Sequence record: MN508614.1
DNA: 64,000 nt
Strand: one strand, 5' to 3'
Source of the DNA: Escherichia phage ES12
Shown: positions 46,002-55,938 of the stretch, piece by piece
Numbering within the stretch: the first letter of the stretch is position 1
Layout of the letters: the number at the start of each line of letters is the position of its first letter
Notes under the pieces: generated by a model
The model's input: the letters and a program-made list of their open reading frames with translations, nothing else
What the model was told of the DNA's origin: nothing
Databases searched by the model: none
Program-made: the position numbers and the translations under genes

Positions 46002-48266
46002 TCATAATTTACAGGATGAACAATCTTCAGCTTTTGGAGTTTCTATTTCATAATCATCAGTACCAGAACCATCACGGGTATTATGATAATAGAAATTTTT
46101 AATGCCATAATACCATCCGTATAGCATGTCATCAATCATTATTGACATTGGAACCTTTCCTTTTGGAAAAATCTGCGGGTCATAGTATGTATTCGCTGAA
46201 GCTGATTGACATACCCATTTCAGCATAATAGCTACCTGCGTAAGATAAGGTTTATTACCTTTCTTAGCTAATTTCCATGTATAATCATAGAGGTCTATGT
46301 TATGCTCAATATTGGGCACGACTTGATTAAAGGAGCCCTCTTTTGATTCTTTAACAGAGACTGGTCCACGTGGAGGCTCGATACCGTTTGTACTGTTAGA
46401 AACTTGGGAAGATGACTCACATGGCATAAGTGCTGATAATGTGCTATTACGGATGCCAAAGAGCTTAAGGTCTTCCCGCAGCGACGACCAGTCACAAACG
46501 TATTTTGGAGCTGCGATTTGGTCAATCTTTTTATTGTACCAGTCGATAGGTAATTCGCCTCGAGACCAACGAGTGTCTGAATAATATTCGCAAGGTCCTT
46601 TTTCTTTGGCGAGCTTAATGGATGCTTTAATGAGCCCATACTGTAATCTCTCAAATAGTTCATGTGTTAAATCGTTAGCATCTTCATAAGAAGCAAAGTT
46701 ACTTGCCAGCCAAGCTGCATAGTTGGTAACACCTACACCGAGGTTACGGCGCTTTTTAGCTTTTTCTGCTTCAGGAACTGGATATCCTTGGTAATCCAAA
46801 AGATTATCAAGAGCACGAACTTGAACTTCTGCCAATTCATTAATTTTATCTTGGTCTTGCCAGTCAAAATTATCTAGTACGAATGCAGAGAGAGTACACA
46901 ATCCAATTTCAGCATCAGGACTATTCACATCATTTGTTGGAATAGCAATTTCACAACACAAGTTACTCTGACGAATAGGCGCCTTTTCACGAATAAACGG
47001 AGTATAGTTATTCGTATTATCAATGAACTGCACATAAATCCTTGCGGTTCCTGAACGTTCAGTCATGAGCAATTCAAATAGTTCACGGGCTTTAATACGC
47101 TTTTTACGAATATTAGGGTCTTTTTCTGCTGCTTCGTATAATTCACGGAAACGGTTTTGGTCTTTAAAATAAGAATAATAAAGCTCGCCACCCATTTCAT
47201 GTGGACTGAACAAAGTAATGTAATCGTTCTTTCCGAATCGTTCCATCATCAAATCATTCAGTTGAACACCATAATCCATATGACGAATGCGGTTTTCTTC
47301 TACGCCTTTGTTATTTTTCAAAACGAGAAGATTTTCAACTTCCAAATGCCAAATAGGATAATAAGCAGTAGCAGCGCCGCCACGAATTCCGCCCTGTGAG
47401 CATGATTTAACAGCAGTCTGAAAATGTTTCCAAAAAGGAATAACACCAGTATGACGCACTTCACCCATGCCAATCTTAGAACCTTCGGCACGAATCATAC
47501 CAACGTTAATACCAATTCCAGCACGTTTGGAGATATATTCAACAATTGAAGCAGAAGCCTTATTAATAGACTTTAATGAATCACCTGCCTCAATAACAAC
47601 GCATGAACTAAACTGCCGAGTTGGAGTACGGCAACCAGCCATAATAGGAGTTGGTAATGAAATCTGTCGAGTAGATACTGCTTCATAAAAACGAATAACA
47701 TGTTTTAATCTATCAACAGGTTCATCTTGATGCAATGCCATTCCAATAGTCATAAATGCAAACTGTGGAGTTTCATAAATTTGACCAGTGGTTTTATCTT
47801 TAACTAGATATTTTTCTTTTAATTGCATCGCCCCGGAATAAGTAAATTCCATATCCCGCTCGTGCTTAATTTTTGATTCTAAAAATGTAATTTCTTCTGC
47901 TGAATATTTTGACAATAATTCAGGGTCATATTTACCTTCATTTACACAGTAAGAAATATGGTCAATAAATGAACGTGGTTCATACTGCCCATAAACATGC
48001 TTACGAAGAGCAAACATTAAACAGCGTGCAGCTACATATTGATAATCAGGTTCTTCAACCGAAATAGAATTCGCAGCGGCCTTAATGACAATAGTCTGAA
48101 TATCATCAGTTGTCATTCCATCACGGAGATAAGATTTAATATTTTCATATAATTCATAAGGATCTACTGATGTTCCCTCAGCTGCCCAAGATAAAACTTT
48201 AATAATTTTTTGCGGGTCAAAGCTCTGAGAAACACCACTACTTTTGATAACATTAATTAATTGCAT
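46002..48266 (-). CDS. nrdA: ribonucleotide reductase large subunit NrdA
   Basis: 754 aa; active-site NLCCEI and C-terminal CSSC redox pair. Confidence 0.95.
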   Translation of the reverse strand: MQLINVIKSSGVSQSFDPQKIIKVLSWAAEGTSVDPYELYENIKSYLRDGMTTDDIQTIVIKAAANSISVEEPDYQYVAARCLMFALRKHVYGQYEPRSFIDHISYCVNEGKYDPELLSKYSAEEITFLESKIKHERDMEFTYSGAMQLKEKYLVKDKTTGQIYETPQFAFMTIGMALHQDEPVDRLKHVIRFYEAVSTRQISLPTPIMAGCRTPTRQFSSCVVIEAGDSLKSINKASASIVEYISKRAGIGINVGMIRAEGSKIGMGEVRHTGVIPFWKHFQTAVKSCSQGGIRGGAATAYYPIWHLEVENLLVLKNNKGVEENRIRHMDYGVQLNDLMMERFGKNDYITLFSPHEMGGELYYSYFKDQNRFRELYEAAEKDPNIRKKRIKARELFELLMTERSGTARIYVQFIDNTNNYTPFIREKAPIRQSNLCCEIAIPTNDVNSPDAEIGLCTLSAFVLDNFDWQDQDKINELAEVQVRALDNLLDYQGYPVPEAEKAKKRRNLGVGVTNYAAWLASNFASYEDANDLTHELFERLQYGLIKASIKLAKEKGPCEYYSDTRWSRGELPIDWYNKKIDQIAAPKYVCDWSSLREDLKLFGIRNSTLSALMPCESSSQVSNSTNGIEPPRGPVSVKESKEGSFNQVVPNIEHNIDLYDYTWKLAKKGNKPYLTQVAIMLKWVCQSASANTYYDPQIFPKGKVPMSIMIDDMLYGWYYGIKNFYYHNTRDGSGTDDYEIETPKAEDCSSCKL

Positions 48267-48583
48267 AAGTCCTCAACTTGAAAATCGTCTTTAAACAATC
48301 GGTTAACTATATGAGCTATTATATCACCATGACACGGCTTTGGTTTACATGTGCATCCTAGCCTCATTCCACGTAAAGGCTCTAAATGTGCTTTAGTTAT
48401 TTCTCTGGATTTAATTCGACGTATAAAATCTTTTTTGAATAATTCAATGGCAGCCTCCCGGCTGCCAGCATCTTTACCGACGTAATTTCCCCAAAATGTA
48501 CCACGGTGAATATTAACATCAAAGTCGGATTTGTATTTATTCACTACCCGACATAGACGGCCCGCGCGGTGATAATTCGGCAT
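48257..48583 (-). CDS. hypothetical protein (nrdA.1 position)
   Basis: 108 aa ORF. Confidence 0.6.
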   Translation of the reverse strand: MPNYHRAGRLCRVVNKYKSDFDVNIHRGTFWGNYVGKDAGSREAAIELFKKDFIRRIKSREITKAHLEPLRGMRLGCTCKPKPCHGDIIAHIVNRLFKDDFQVEDLCN

Positions 48584-48800
48584 ATTGTTTTTCCGTTAAA
48601 ACAGTAATATCGTAGTAACAGTCAGAAGAAGTTTTAACTGTGGAAATTTTATTATCAAAATACTCACGAGTCATTTTATGAGTATAATATTTTTTGCCAT
48701 AAATGATAATAGGCTGATTTGGTCCTGGAACTTCTAGCTCACTTGGATTAGGAAGTGTAAAAAGAACTACACCAGAAGTATCTTTAAATCGTAAAATCAT
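48537..48800 (-). CDS. hypothetical protein (nrdA.2 position)
   Basis: 87 aa ORF. Confidence 0.55.
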   Translation of the reverse strand: MILRFKDTSGVVLFTLPNPSELEVPGPNQPIIIYGKKYYTHKMTREYFDNKISTVKTSSDCYYDITVLTEKQYAELSPRGPSMSGSE

Positions 48801-49657
48801 ATTGCCATTTTCCCTTTAATTGCTGGATGCGATTCATAATTTTCAAGGATAAAATCTTTCGGTTTCATGTATTCAGTTAACCAGTAAAGCTGTGTTTCGG
48901 TGTCACAATTTCCAAACTCTATAGGCCAATCAATTTTAAGTTCACATAGTTCTTTAGGCTCACGACGTAAAATTTCTTTACATTGCTCAGTATGATTCAT
49001 ATAGATGTGAGTATTACCACCAGAAAATATCAAATCTCCTGGGATAAGATTACACATCTTAGCCACAATATGCGTCAAGGCAGCGTACGAGGCAATGTTG
49101 AATGGCAATCCCAAGAAAACATCTACACTTCTTTGGTACCATTGTAAATCAAGATAACCATTACGCACATTAAACTGATAGAACATATGACAGGGCGGTA
49201 ATGCCATTTGATTGATTTCAGCTGGATTCCATGCTGAAACGATTTGACGTCGATCAGTTGGTAATTTTTTAATACGATCAATAGTTTCAACTAATTGATC
49301 CACACCGCCGAAATCACGCCATTGTTTACCGTATATAGGACCAAGTTCACCACTATGATATCCTAGGTCTTTAGCCTGGTTTTCATAGTTATCGTCCCAA
49401 ATAGTTTTACCTTGAATAAGACTACCATGTGTGCGAAGACGTAAATCATTAACATTGGTAGAACCGGAAATAAACCATAGAAGCTCAGCAATGCATGCAT
49501 TCCATGCAAGCTTCTTAGTTGTTACCGCAGGAAAACCTTTAGTTAAATCCCAACGTAATTTAGTACCGAACAAAGCAATTGTTCCTGTGCCTGTTCGGTC
49601 ATCGGTTTCATAGCCATTTTCAAAAATGTCTTTAATTAAATCTTGGTATTGTTTCAT
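48797..49657 (-). CDS. td: thymidylate synthase, uninterrupted
   Basis: 286 aa continuous ORF; catalytic Cys motif [10 protein letters not shown]; no intron. Confidence 0.95.
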   Translation of the reverse strand: MKQYQDLIKDIFENGYETDDRTGTGTIALFGTKLRWDLTKGFPAVTTKKLAWNACIAELLWFISGSTNVNDLRLRTHGSLIQGKTIWDDNYENQAKDLGYHSGELGPIYGKQWRDFGGVDQLVETIDRIKKLPTDRRQIVSAWNPAEINQMALPPCHMFYQFNVRNGYLDLQWYQRSVDVFLGLPFNIASYAALTHIVAKMCNLIPGDLIFSGGNTHIYMNHTEQCKEILRREPKELCELKIDWPIEFGNCDTETQLYWLTEYMKPKDFILENYESHPAIKGKMAI

Positions 49658-49702
49658 TTAGTACCTTATATAAATTATAATACATTTTATGAAGCTAAAT
49701 AA

Positions 49703-50050
49703 TCAATACGGTTTAGCATCAAATTTTCTCTCAATTTCAGGCGTGAAATATAATTCTTTACCGCGTTTGGAAAAGCGACCAATAATATGATAATTATTCT
49801 CATCAAACGTGATATTACCAATATCCATAGCTTTCAACCAAATATCGATATTTCTATCCAGCTTTATGTCAAAATTCCAATACAGAGAACTATTACCGAA
49901 AATACTGCAAGCGGATTCAGTGAAACAACTGCTATAAATCTTGTCTTTAGGAACTACTAATTGATAGACACCTTTAATAAACTGAGGACCCTGCCACTTT
50001 GGCTGTTTCGTGTCTTTTTCTAATAGAATAGGGTAATAATTAAAATTCAT
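49703..50050 (-). CDS. hypothetical protein between frd and td (about 115 aa)
   Basis: Track ORF 49703-50062 uses a GTG start; first ATG gives MNFNYYPILLEKD...; no recognisable motif. Confidence 0.55.
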   Translation of the reverse strand: MNFNYYPILLEKDTKQPKWQGPQFIKGVYQLVVPKDKIYSSCFTESACSIFGNSSLYWNFDIKLDRNIDIWLKAMDIGNITFDENNYHIIGRFSKRGKELYFTPEIERKFDAKPY

Positions 50051-50070
50051 ATTTTCCGCCACGTGTTATT

Positions 50071-50900
<830 letters not shown>

Positions 50901-50910
50901 ATTATTTTCC

Positions 50911-51153
50911 TCAAACAGACTTTTTCACAATTTTCCAATCAGCTTTAAACTGATCAACATCAGAATGATAAATCCAGAATCCTGCGCTTTCTCCGTCTTC
51001 ATAAAGAGGACATCCATCACATTCATCTTCCCATCCCATGCCACGTAAAAGGTGTTCAGCTTTTTCAACAAGTTCAGAATCTTTACCGATGATATTAAAA
51101 TACCATTTACCTCTAACTTCTGAATCTTTGATGCTCTGGCGTTGTAATCTCAT
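50911..51153 (-). CDS. hypothetical protein (frd.2 position)
   Basis: 80 aa ORF downstream of an early promoter. Confidence 0.55.
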   Translation of the reverse strand: MRLQRQSIKDSEVRGKWYFNIIGKDSELVEKAEHLLRGMGWEDECDGCPLYEDGESAGFWIYHSDVDQFKADWKIVKKSV

Positions 51154-51262
51154 TTTATTCTCCTTAGCAAGCTTTAATCAAAAGATATAAACAGACCAAC
51201 ATAACTGCTGCCATAATATAAGGTGCGAACATTTTCTTTTCTCCATTAGTTTTGATAGGGTA

Positions 51263-51292
51263 ATAGTATCACACTACTACCCTTCTGTAAAC
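51263..51292 (-). promoter_or_regulatory. early promoter (GTTTAC-N18-TACTAT) upstream of frd.2-like gene
   Basis: Minus-strand GTTTACAGAAGGGTAGTAGTGTGATACTAT. Confidence 0.5.
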
Positions 51293-51657
51293 TACTTTTT
51301 GAAAGTTTTTCGCAAAAGTTCAATGATTTCATCTACATTGTTTTCGTCAACAATGCAGTGAATTTTTGTTACGCCAGAAACTTTGTCTTTGACTTCATCT
51401 TCTTCAGAAGTCGGTTCTTTATACTCACGAAAACAATGAAATTCGTCTTCACAAACGTTAAAGTAAAAATGCTTTCCATTTGCGCATTCAATGTGTTTTA
51501 TTACTCTAAATCCATCAACAAAGAAAGCTTCTTTAACTTCAAACCATCCGCCATTTTCTTGAATAATTTTAACTATTGCTGAATTAGAACGTGGGCGATA
51601 ATTAATAAATGTATCAATAAGTCTTGGAACAAGTTCATACTTTTTACCGATATACAT
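51292..51657 (-). CDS. hypothetical protein
   Basis: 121 aa ORF. Confidence 0.55.
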   Translation of the reverse strand: MYIGKKYELVPRLIDTFINYRPRSNSAIVKIIQENGGWFEVKEAFFVDGFRVIKHIECANGKHFYFNVCEDEFHCFREYKEPTSEEDEVKDKVSGVTKIHCIVDENNVDEIIELLRKTFKK

Positions 51658-51701
51658 TATGTTTTCCTCATTTTAACGGGGCTGTAATAGCCCCTTGATA
51701 A

Positions 51702-51992
51702 TTATTGTTCAATCAATCCCATGTAAAATTCTGCGTCTTCAGAATCCATACCATCACAATATTCATTAGCCATAAAGCGGGTGAGGTCTTCAAGAGGACC
51801 TTCAATAACGATTTGAATACTCCAAAACTTAGAATCTTGCACGCTTGTGATACTAAGTTCAGGATAACGATTACGAATAATTTCTTCGATATATTCAAAA
51901 TCAACGATGTCAATATCAACTTTAGCCATATTATTTTCCTCTTTAATCATCAGCAGTATTGCCGATAGTTGTATAGTACCATGGAAGGACAA
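51702..51992 (-). CDS. hypothetical protein
   Basis: 96 aa ORF (possible internal start MAKVDIDIV). Confidence 0.5.
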   Translation of the reverse strand: MSFHGTIQLSAILLMIKEENNMAKVDIDIVDFEYIEEIIRNRYPELSITSVQDSKFWSIQIVIEGPLEDLTRFMANEYCDGMDSEDAEFYMGLIEQ

Positions 51993-52073
51993 GGATGTAA
52001 ACCGTTTTGTGAAAAAATTTTTGAAATAAAAAGGGGACCTCTAGGGTCCCCAATTAATTAGTAATATAATCTA

Positions 52074-52979
52074 TTAAAGGTCATTCAAAAGGTCATCCAG
52101 GTCTGTGTCATCAGCACTAGATGAACTGCCAGAGCTTGAGCTCATAAAATCATCTTCAGTTTTTGTATTGAAGTCATCAACATTGAATGCATCCAAATCA
52201 TCAGCAACTTTATCAGCTTTCTTAGCAGCAGTTGCAGCAGCACCGCCCATCACAGCAGTTCCCATAACTTGACCGAATTTAGTGCTCAGTTCTTCAAACG
52301 ATTTGAATTTATCTTTAGAAGTCATTTCAGAAAGGTCAACCATTTGTTCGAACAGTTCTTTCTGGAAAGATTCATCGTCAATGTTTGGAATCGCAGATTG
52401 ATTCAGGAATTTAGATTCGTCGTAGTTACTAAATCCAGAAACCTGTTTAACTTTCAGTACAAAGTTAGCACCTTCCCACGGACAAGTTACATCAACCGGA
52501 GTTTCACCCATTTCAACATCAACCGCAATCATCGCGTTGATTTTATCCCAGATTTTCTTACCGAAACGATATTTAAATACTTTACCTTCATTTTCTGGAG
52601 CAGCTGGGTCTTTTACAACAAGAATATTAGCCCAGTAAGAAGTTTTACGTTTAACAAGACTGTACTCTTTATTGTCAGTGTTGTACAGATCATTTTTACT
52701 GATGTACTGACATACTGGACAAGAATCGTAATCACCATGGGTAGATGAACATGTTTCAATATACCATTTACCATTTTTCTTGAAACCGTGATTTACAAGA
52801 ATTGCGAATGGTGCTTGTTCATCATTTTTAGACGGAAGAAAACGAATTACTGCTTGACCGTTACCCGCATTATCGAGTTTCAGTTTCCACTCGCCTTTAT
52901 CTTCAGAAGAAAAACCTTTATTGCCATTCAGTTTAGCCATTTGTGCAGCAAGTTCAGCAGTAGATTTACGTTTAAACAT
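52074..52979 (-). CDS. 32: single-stranded DNA-binding protein gp32
   Basis: 301 aa, recognised as T4 gp32 ([36 protein letters not shown]...; acidic C-terminus). Confidence 0.97.
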
Positions 52980-53060
52980 TTTATTTCCTTTTTAATTTAA
53001 TTTAATTTAATTAACAGTTGGTGCTATGACACTTTACCTCATAGCTGGCATAATTCGCAA
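52980..53060 (-). promoter_or_regulatory. gene 32 translational operator (UUAAA repeats plus upstream pseudoknot-forming hairpin)
   Basis: Minus-strand RNA ...GCUAUGAGGUAAAGUGUCAUAGC...UUAAUUAAAUUAAAUUAAAUUAAAAAGGAAAUAAAAUG; matches the known T4 gp32 autoregulatory site architecture. Confidence 0.75.
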
Positions 53061-53671
53061 TACTCTGGGTCTTCGAGAGGTATCCAACCTGAGTTGAAAT
53101 ACTTTACCATCGATTTAGCAGTTGTATCAGTTATATTTATATTACCTTTAACTCTTCGCCATCCAGGAGTTTTACCGTACAGATTAGAGGATAATAATAA
53201 CACATAATTCTCGTAAGCAATATGAGATAATTTCCAAGACTCTATATTAGCTCGTGATGTTTTCCAAGGTCTAAAATCGTCACGGTTCATATAATTAGCC
53301 AATCTCATATGCTCTCTAACTTCCGGGTCTTTGGCTGGATGAGTTTCACCACTCACACCAAATCCACCACCAGCATATACCAGATTAAAATAGTCTGGAT
53401 TATCTCTGGCATTTACTTCAAGTTGGTATTTTCGTTCTGCTTCAATAACATCCAAGTCATCATCAATTTGAATTATTTTAACGCTCGGTTTTTGAAGCAT
53501 TAGCGCATTCAAAAATCTTTTTTGTTTACATGAGCTCCAGTATTCCTTTCCGGAAGAGTCATATATTATTCCATTCTCAAATGAGCAATTTAATTTACTA
53601 CCGATATAGTAGTATGGCGGAGTCTTATTTTTGACACGGTCTTCAAATGTAAACCAATATACTATATTCAT
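53039..53671 (-). mobile_element. segG: freestanding GIY-YIG-like homing endonuclease (SegG-like)
   Basis: 210 aa; N-terminal IVYWFTF ... YYYIGSK GIY-YIG-like motif; lies between 59 and 32 as T4 segG. Confidence 0.7.
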
Positions 53672-53672
53672 A

Positions 53673-54326
53673 TCAATACTTACAAGATTTCACAGTTTCA
53701 ATGAAAACACTTTTAGCTTTCTGTGAATCAATATTTAAAATTTTTCTATAAGCCTTTAACTTTATAGAATAATTATTCCAGACTAAATTATCAGTCTGTT
53801 CATCATGTTTATCAATTATATTTAAAAACGAATCAAGCAAGATAAACGTTTCAAACGAAATTATATTCGATTGAAGTAGTTTAAAAATATAACTTGATTG
53901 AACTTTTGGATTATACTCAAAGATTTCTTTAAAAGCAGAAACTTCAACTTTTTTACTAAAATAATAAATGTTGCGAATATCTTCTTCAAACTTAAATTTA
54001 ATTTGCTTTAAGCGTCCGATATATTCACGATAAAACACAAGTGCATCAGCGTCAGAGATGTCACCAATCCAAGCATCCTGGTTGGCAACCAAATTGCTTA
54101 TAAAGATTAAAGCAAGTTCCTTTAATTTATATTTTTCTGATAACTTCTGGAAAAAATACTTATCCCTTCGCTTTTGATAAGCGGCATCAGACACCCGCAT
54201 GCACCAATTATACTTAATAACATCATACTTTCCATTCATATGTTGTTTTATCATTAAGTATAATTTATAAACTGATTTACCATCAATGTATCTTTCACCA
54301 CCAGCAGGCATGCGGAGTTTAATCAT
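53673..54326 (-). CDS. 59: helicase loader gp59
   Basis: 217 aa, same length as T4 gp59. Confidence 0.93.
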   Translation of the reverse strand: MIKLRMPAGGERYIDGKSVYKLYLMIKQHMNGKYDVIKYNWCMRVSDAAYQKRRDKYFFQKLSEKYKLKELALIFISNLVANQDAWIGDISDADALVFYREYIGRLKQIKFKFEEDIRNIYYFSKKVEVSAFKEIFEYNPKVQSSYIFKLLQSNIISFETFILLDSFLNIIDKHDEQTDNLVWNNYSIKLKAYRKILNIDSQKAKSVFIETVKSCKY

Positions 54327-54661
54327 AGTAGAAAATCTAATGTATTAGTTTTTTCACAACGAACAACAGAAGGACGTAAAAGATTTTCGTCAATAGCTTC
54401 TGACTGAATTTTTTCAATTATACCCGAAGGAATAAATTTAGCAAATTGAGTTTCAGGAATAGAATTTTCTTCTAAGAATGCTGTTGTAGCTTCGAGATAA
54501 CTCATTCCAAACTCTTCTACCATTTTTTCAATAATAAATCCATTTTCTTGGCGGTCAAGAAGCTTTGCTATTTCATCCTTTTCTTTCTTAATTGAAAGTT
54601 CTTTTTCTGAAAGACCGGTCTCATCGACCGGACGAATATCATTTAGAGAAAACTGTGTCAT
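54323..54661 (-). CDS. 33: late transcription co-activator gp33
   Basis: Start at internal Met MTQFSLNDIRPV gives 112 aa as in T4. Confidence 0.85.
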   Translation of the reverse strand: MTQFSLNDIRPVDETGLSEKELSIKKEKDEIAKLLDRQENGFIIEKMVEEFGMSYLEATTAFLEENSIPETQFAKFIPSGIIEKIQSEAIDENLLRPSVVRCEKTNTLDFLL

Positions 54662-54908
54662 AAAGTTCAACTACCTCTTCAGTTTCAGCTTCAAACACAT
54701 CACGGTTATCTTTATGATACAAAGCTAATAGACGATTAAACATCTTACCATCAACGCCAAGTTCATCTTTGGCACGAATTCGAATATCTTTAATCAGTTC
54801 ATTATAACCGGAAATTTTCAGTTTATGGTCAGATGCTTCTTTAATAAATTTAGCCAAGTCTTCGCCATGGATAGCTTCATCAAATTCAACTATTTCTTTT
54901 TTAGCCAT
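54639..54908 (-). CDS. dsbA: DsbA dsDNA-binding protein
   Basis: 89 aa ORF between rnh and 33. Confidence 0.8.
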   Translation of the reverse strand: MAKKEIVEFDEAIHGEDLAKFIKEASDHKLKISGYNELIKDIRIRAKDELGVDGKMFNRLLALYHKDNRDVFEAETEEVVELYDTVFSK

Positions 54909-54916
54909 TATTCACC

Positions 54917-55834
54917 TCAAAATTCATTAATGCTATTAGTTAATTTAGAAAGACCTGCTTTTACAAAATATGAATAAATTTTGCCACGCGGTGGTAATTT
55001 ATATGAATTATAGTAATTCACAATGTTTGAAGCAATATTATCAGGAATATAATCAAAATCAATTAGAACTAAATTTTCTTTATAACGATTATATTCAGAT
55101 TCTGTGAGAAGCACCTTAGCTTGCTCACGGTCATTAGCAATAGCTTCAACGATTGAAGTTTTCATTGAAGGAGTCCGTTCACCTTCAACTCTGGTAAACC
55201 AAAAGTCAGAACGTACTTTAACTGAAGCAACGTTATCCTTTTTGTCACCCTTAAGAATTTTAGTCATACAATCAATTTCAGCAGAACCGCTTTTAATTTT
55301 AACCCATTTCTTGTGCATCGGTGACCATTGCTTAACATTTGGGTATTTGTGAAGTTGAGTAAAGTCACCATCCGATGAAATGATTAAAATCTTATGCCCT
55401 TCTAAAGAGAACTTTTTAACAAGAACAGCAATATGGTCATCTGCTTCATACTTATCAATATCCATAACGATGTATGGCATATAAGCTTTCAATTCATCTA
55501 TAACTTTATGACTGGATTCAAAATAACCTTCCCAGTCCCAAGTAGATTCTTCTCGTGCTTTTCCACGGTTTTTCTTATAATAATAAGCGAAATCACGACG
55601 CCAGTATCCAGATTTCGCGTTATCAATACACAGTACAATTTTAGTGTATCCAAGCGTTTTTGCTTTTTTGACATTAAACTTAATTGAGTTCAATATCAAA
55701 TGACGAACCATTGATAAATTAATTTTTTCTTTATCTGGGAAGTTTACCAGAGCAGTTGAAAGAGCAATTTGACTAAAGTCAATAAAGCAAATTCCTTCTT
55801 TGTAATCTTCATCCAGCATCATTTCTAAATCCAT
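54917..55834 (-). CDS. rnh: RNase H (5'-3' exonuclease, FEN family)
   Basis: Start at internal Met MDLEMMLDEDYKEG gives 305 aa; early promoter upstream. Confidence 0.93.
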   Translation of the reverse strand: MDLEMMLDEDYKEGICFIDFSQIALSTALVNFPDKEKINLSMVRHLILNSIKFNVKKAKTLGYTKIVLCIDNAKSGYWRRDFAYYYKKNRGKAREESTWDWEGYFESSHKVIDELKAYMPYIVMDIDKYEADDHIAVLVKKFSLEGHKILIISSDGDFTQLHKYPNVKQWSPMHKKWVKIKSGSAEIDCMTKILKGDKKDNVASVKVRSDFWFTRVEGERTPSMKTSIVEAIANDREQAKVLLTESEYNRYKENLVLIDFDYIPDNIASNIVNYYNSYKLPPRGKIYSYFVKAGLSKLTNSINEF

Positions 55835-55861
55835 ATGAACCTCGTTCAATTAGTGAGATTT

Positions 55862-55893
55862 CTATTATATACTATCTAAATCTTAAAGTAAAC
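55862..55893 (-). promoter_or_regulatory. early promoter (GTTTAC-N18-TATAAT) for rnh
   Basis: Minus-strand GTTTACTTTAAGATTTAGATAGTATATAAT upstream of rnh RBS. Confidence 0.6.
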
Positions 55894-55896
55894 AGG

Positions 55897-55904
55897 TATA
55901 AATA
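55897..55904 (+). promoter_or_regulatory. late promoter TATAAATA (gene 34)
   Basis: Exact TATAAATA in the rnh/34 divergent region. Confidence 0.7.
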
Positions 55905-55938
55905 CTTATTATTGAAAACACAATAGGAGCCCGGGAGA

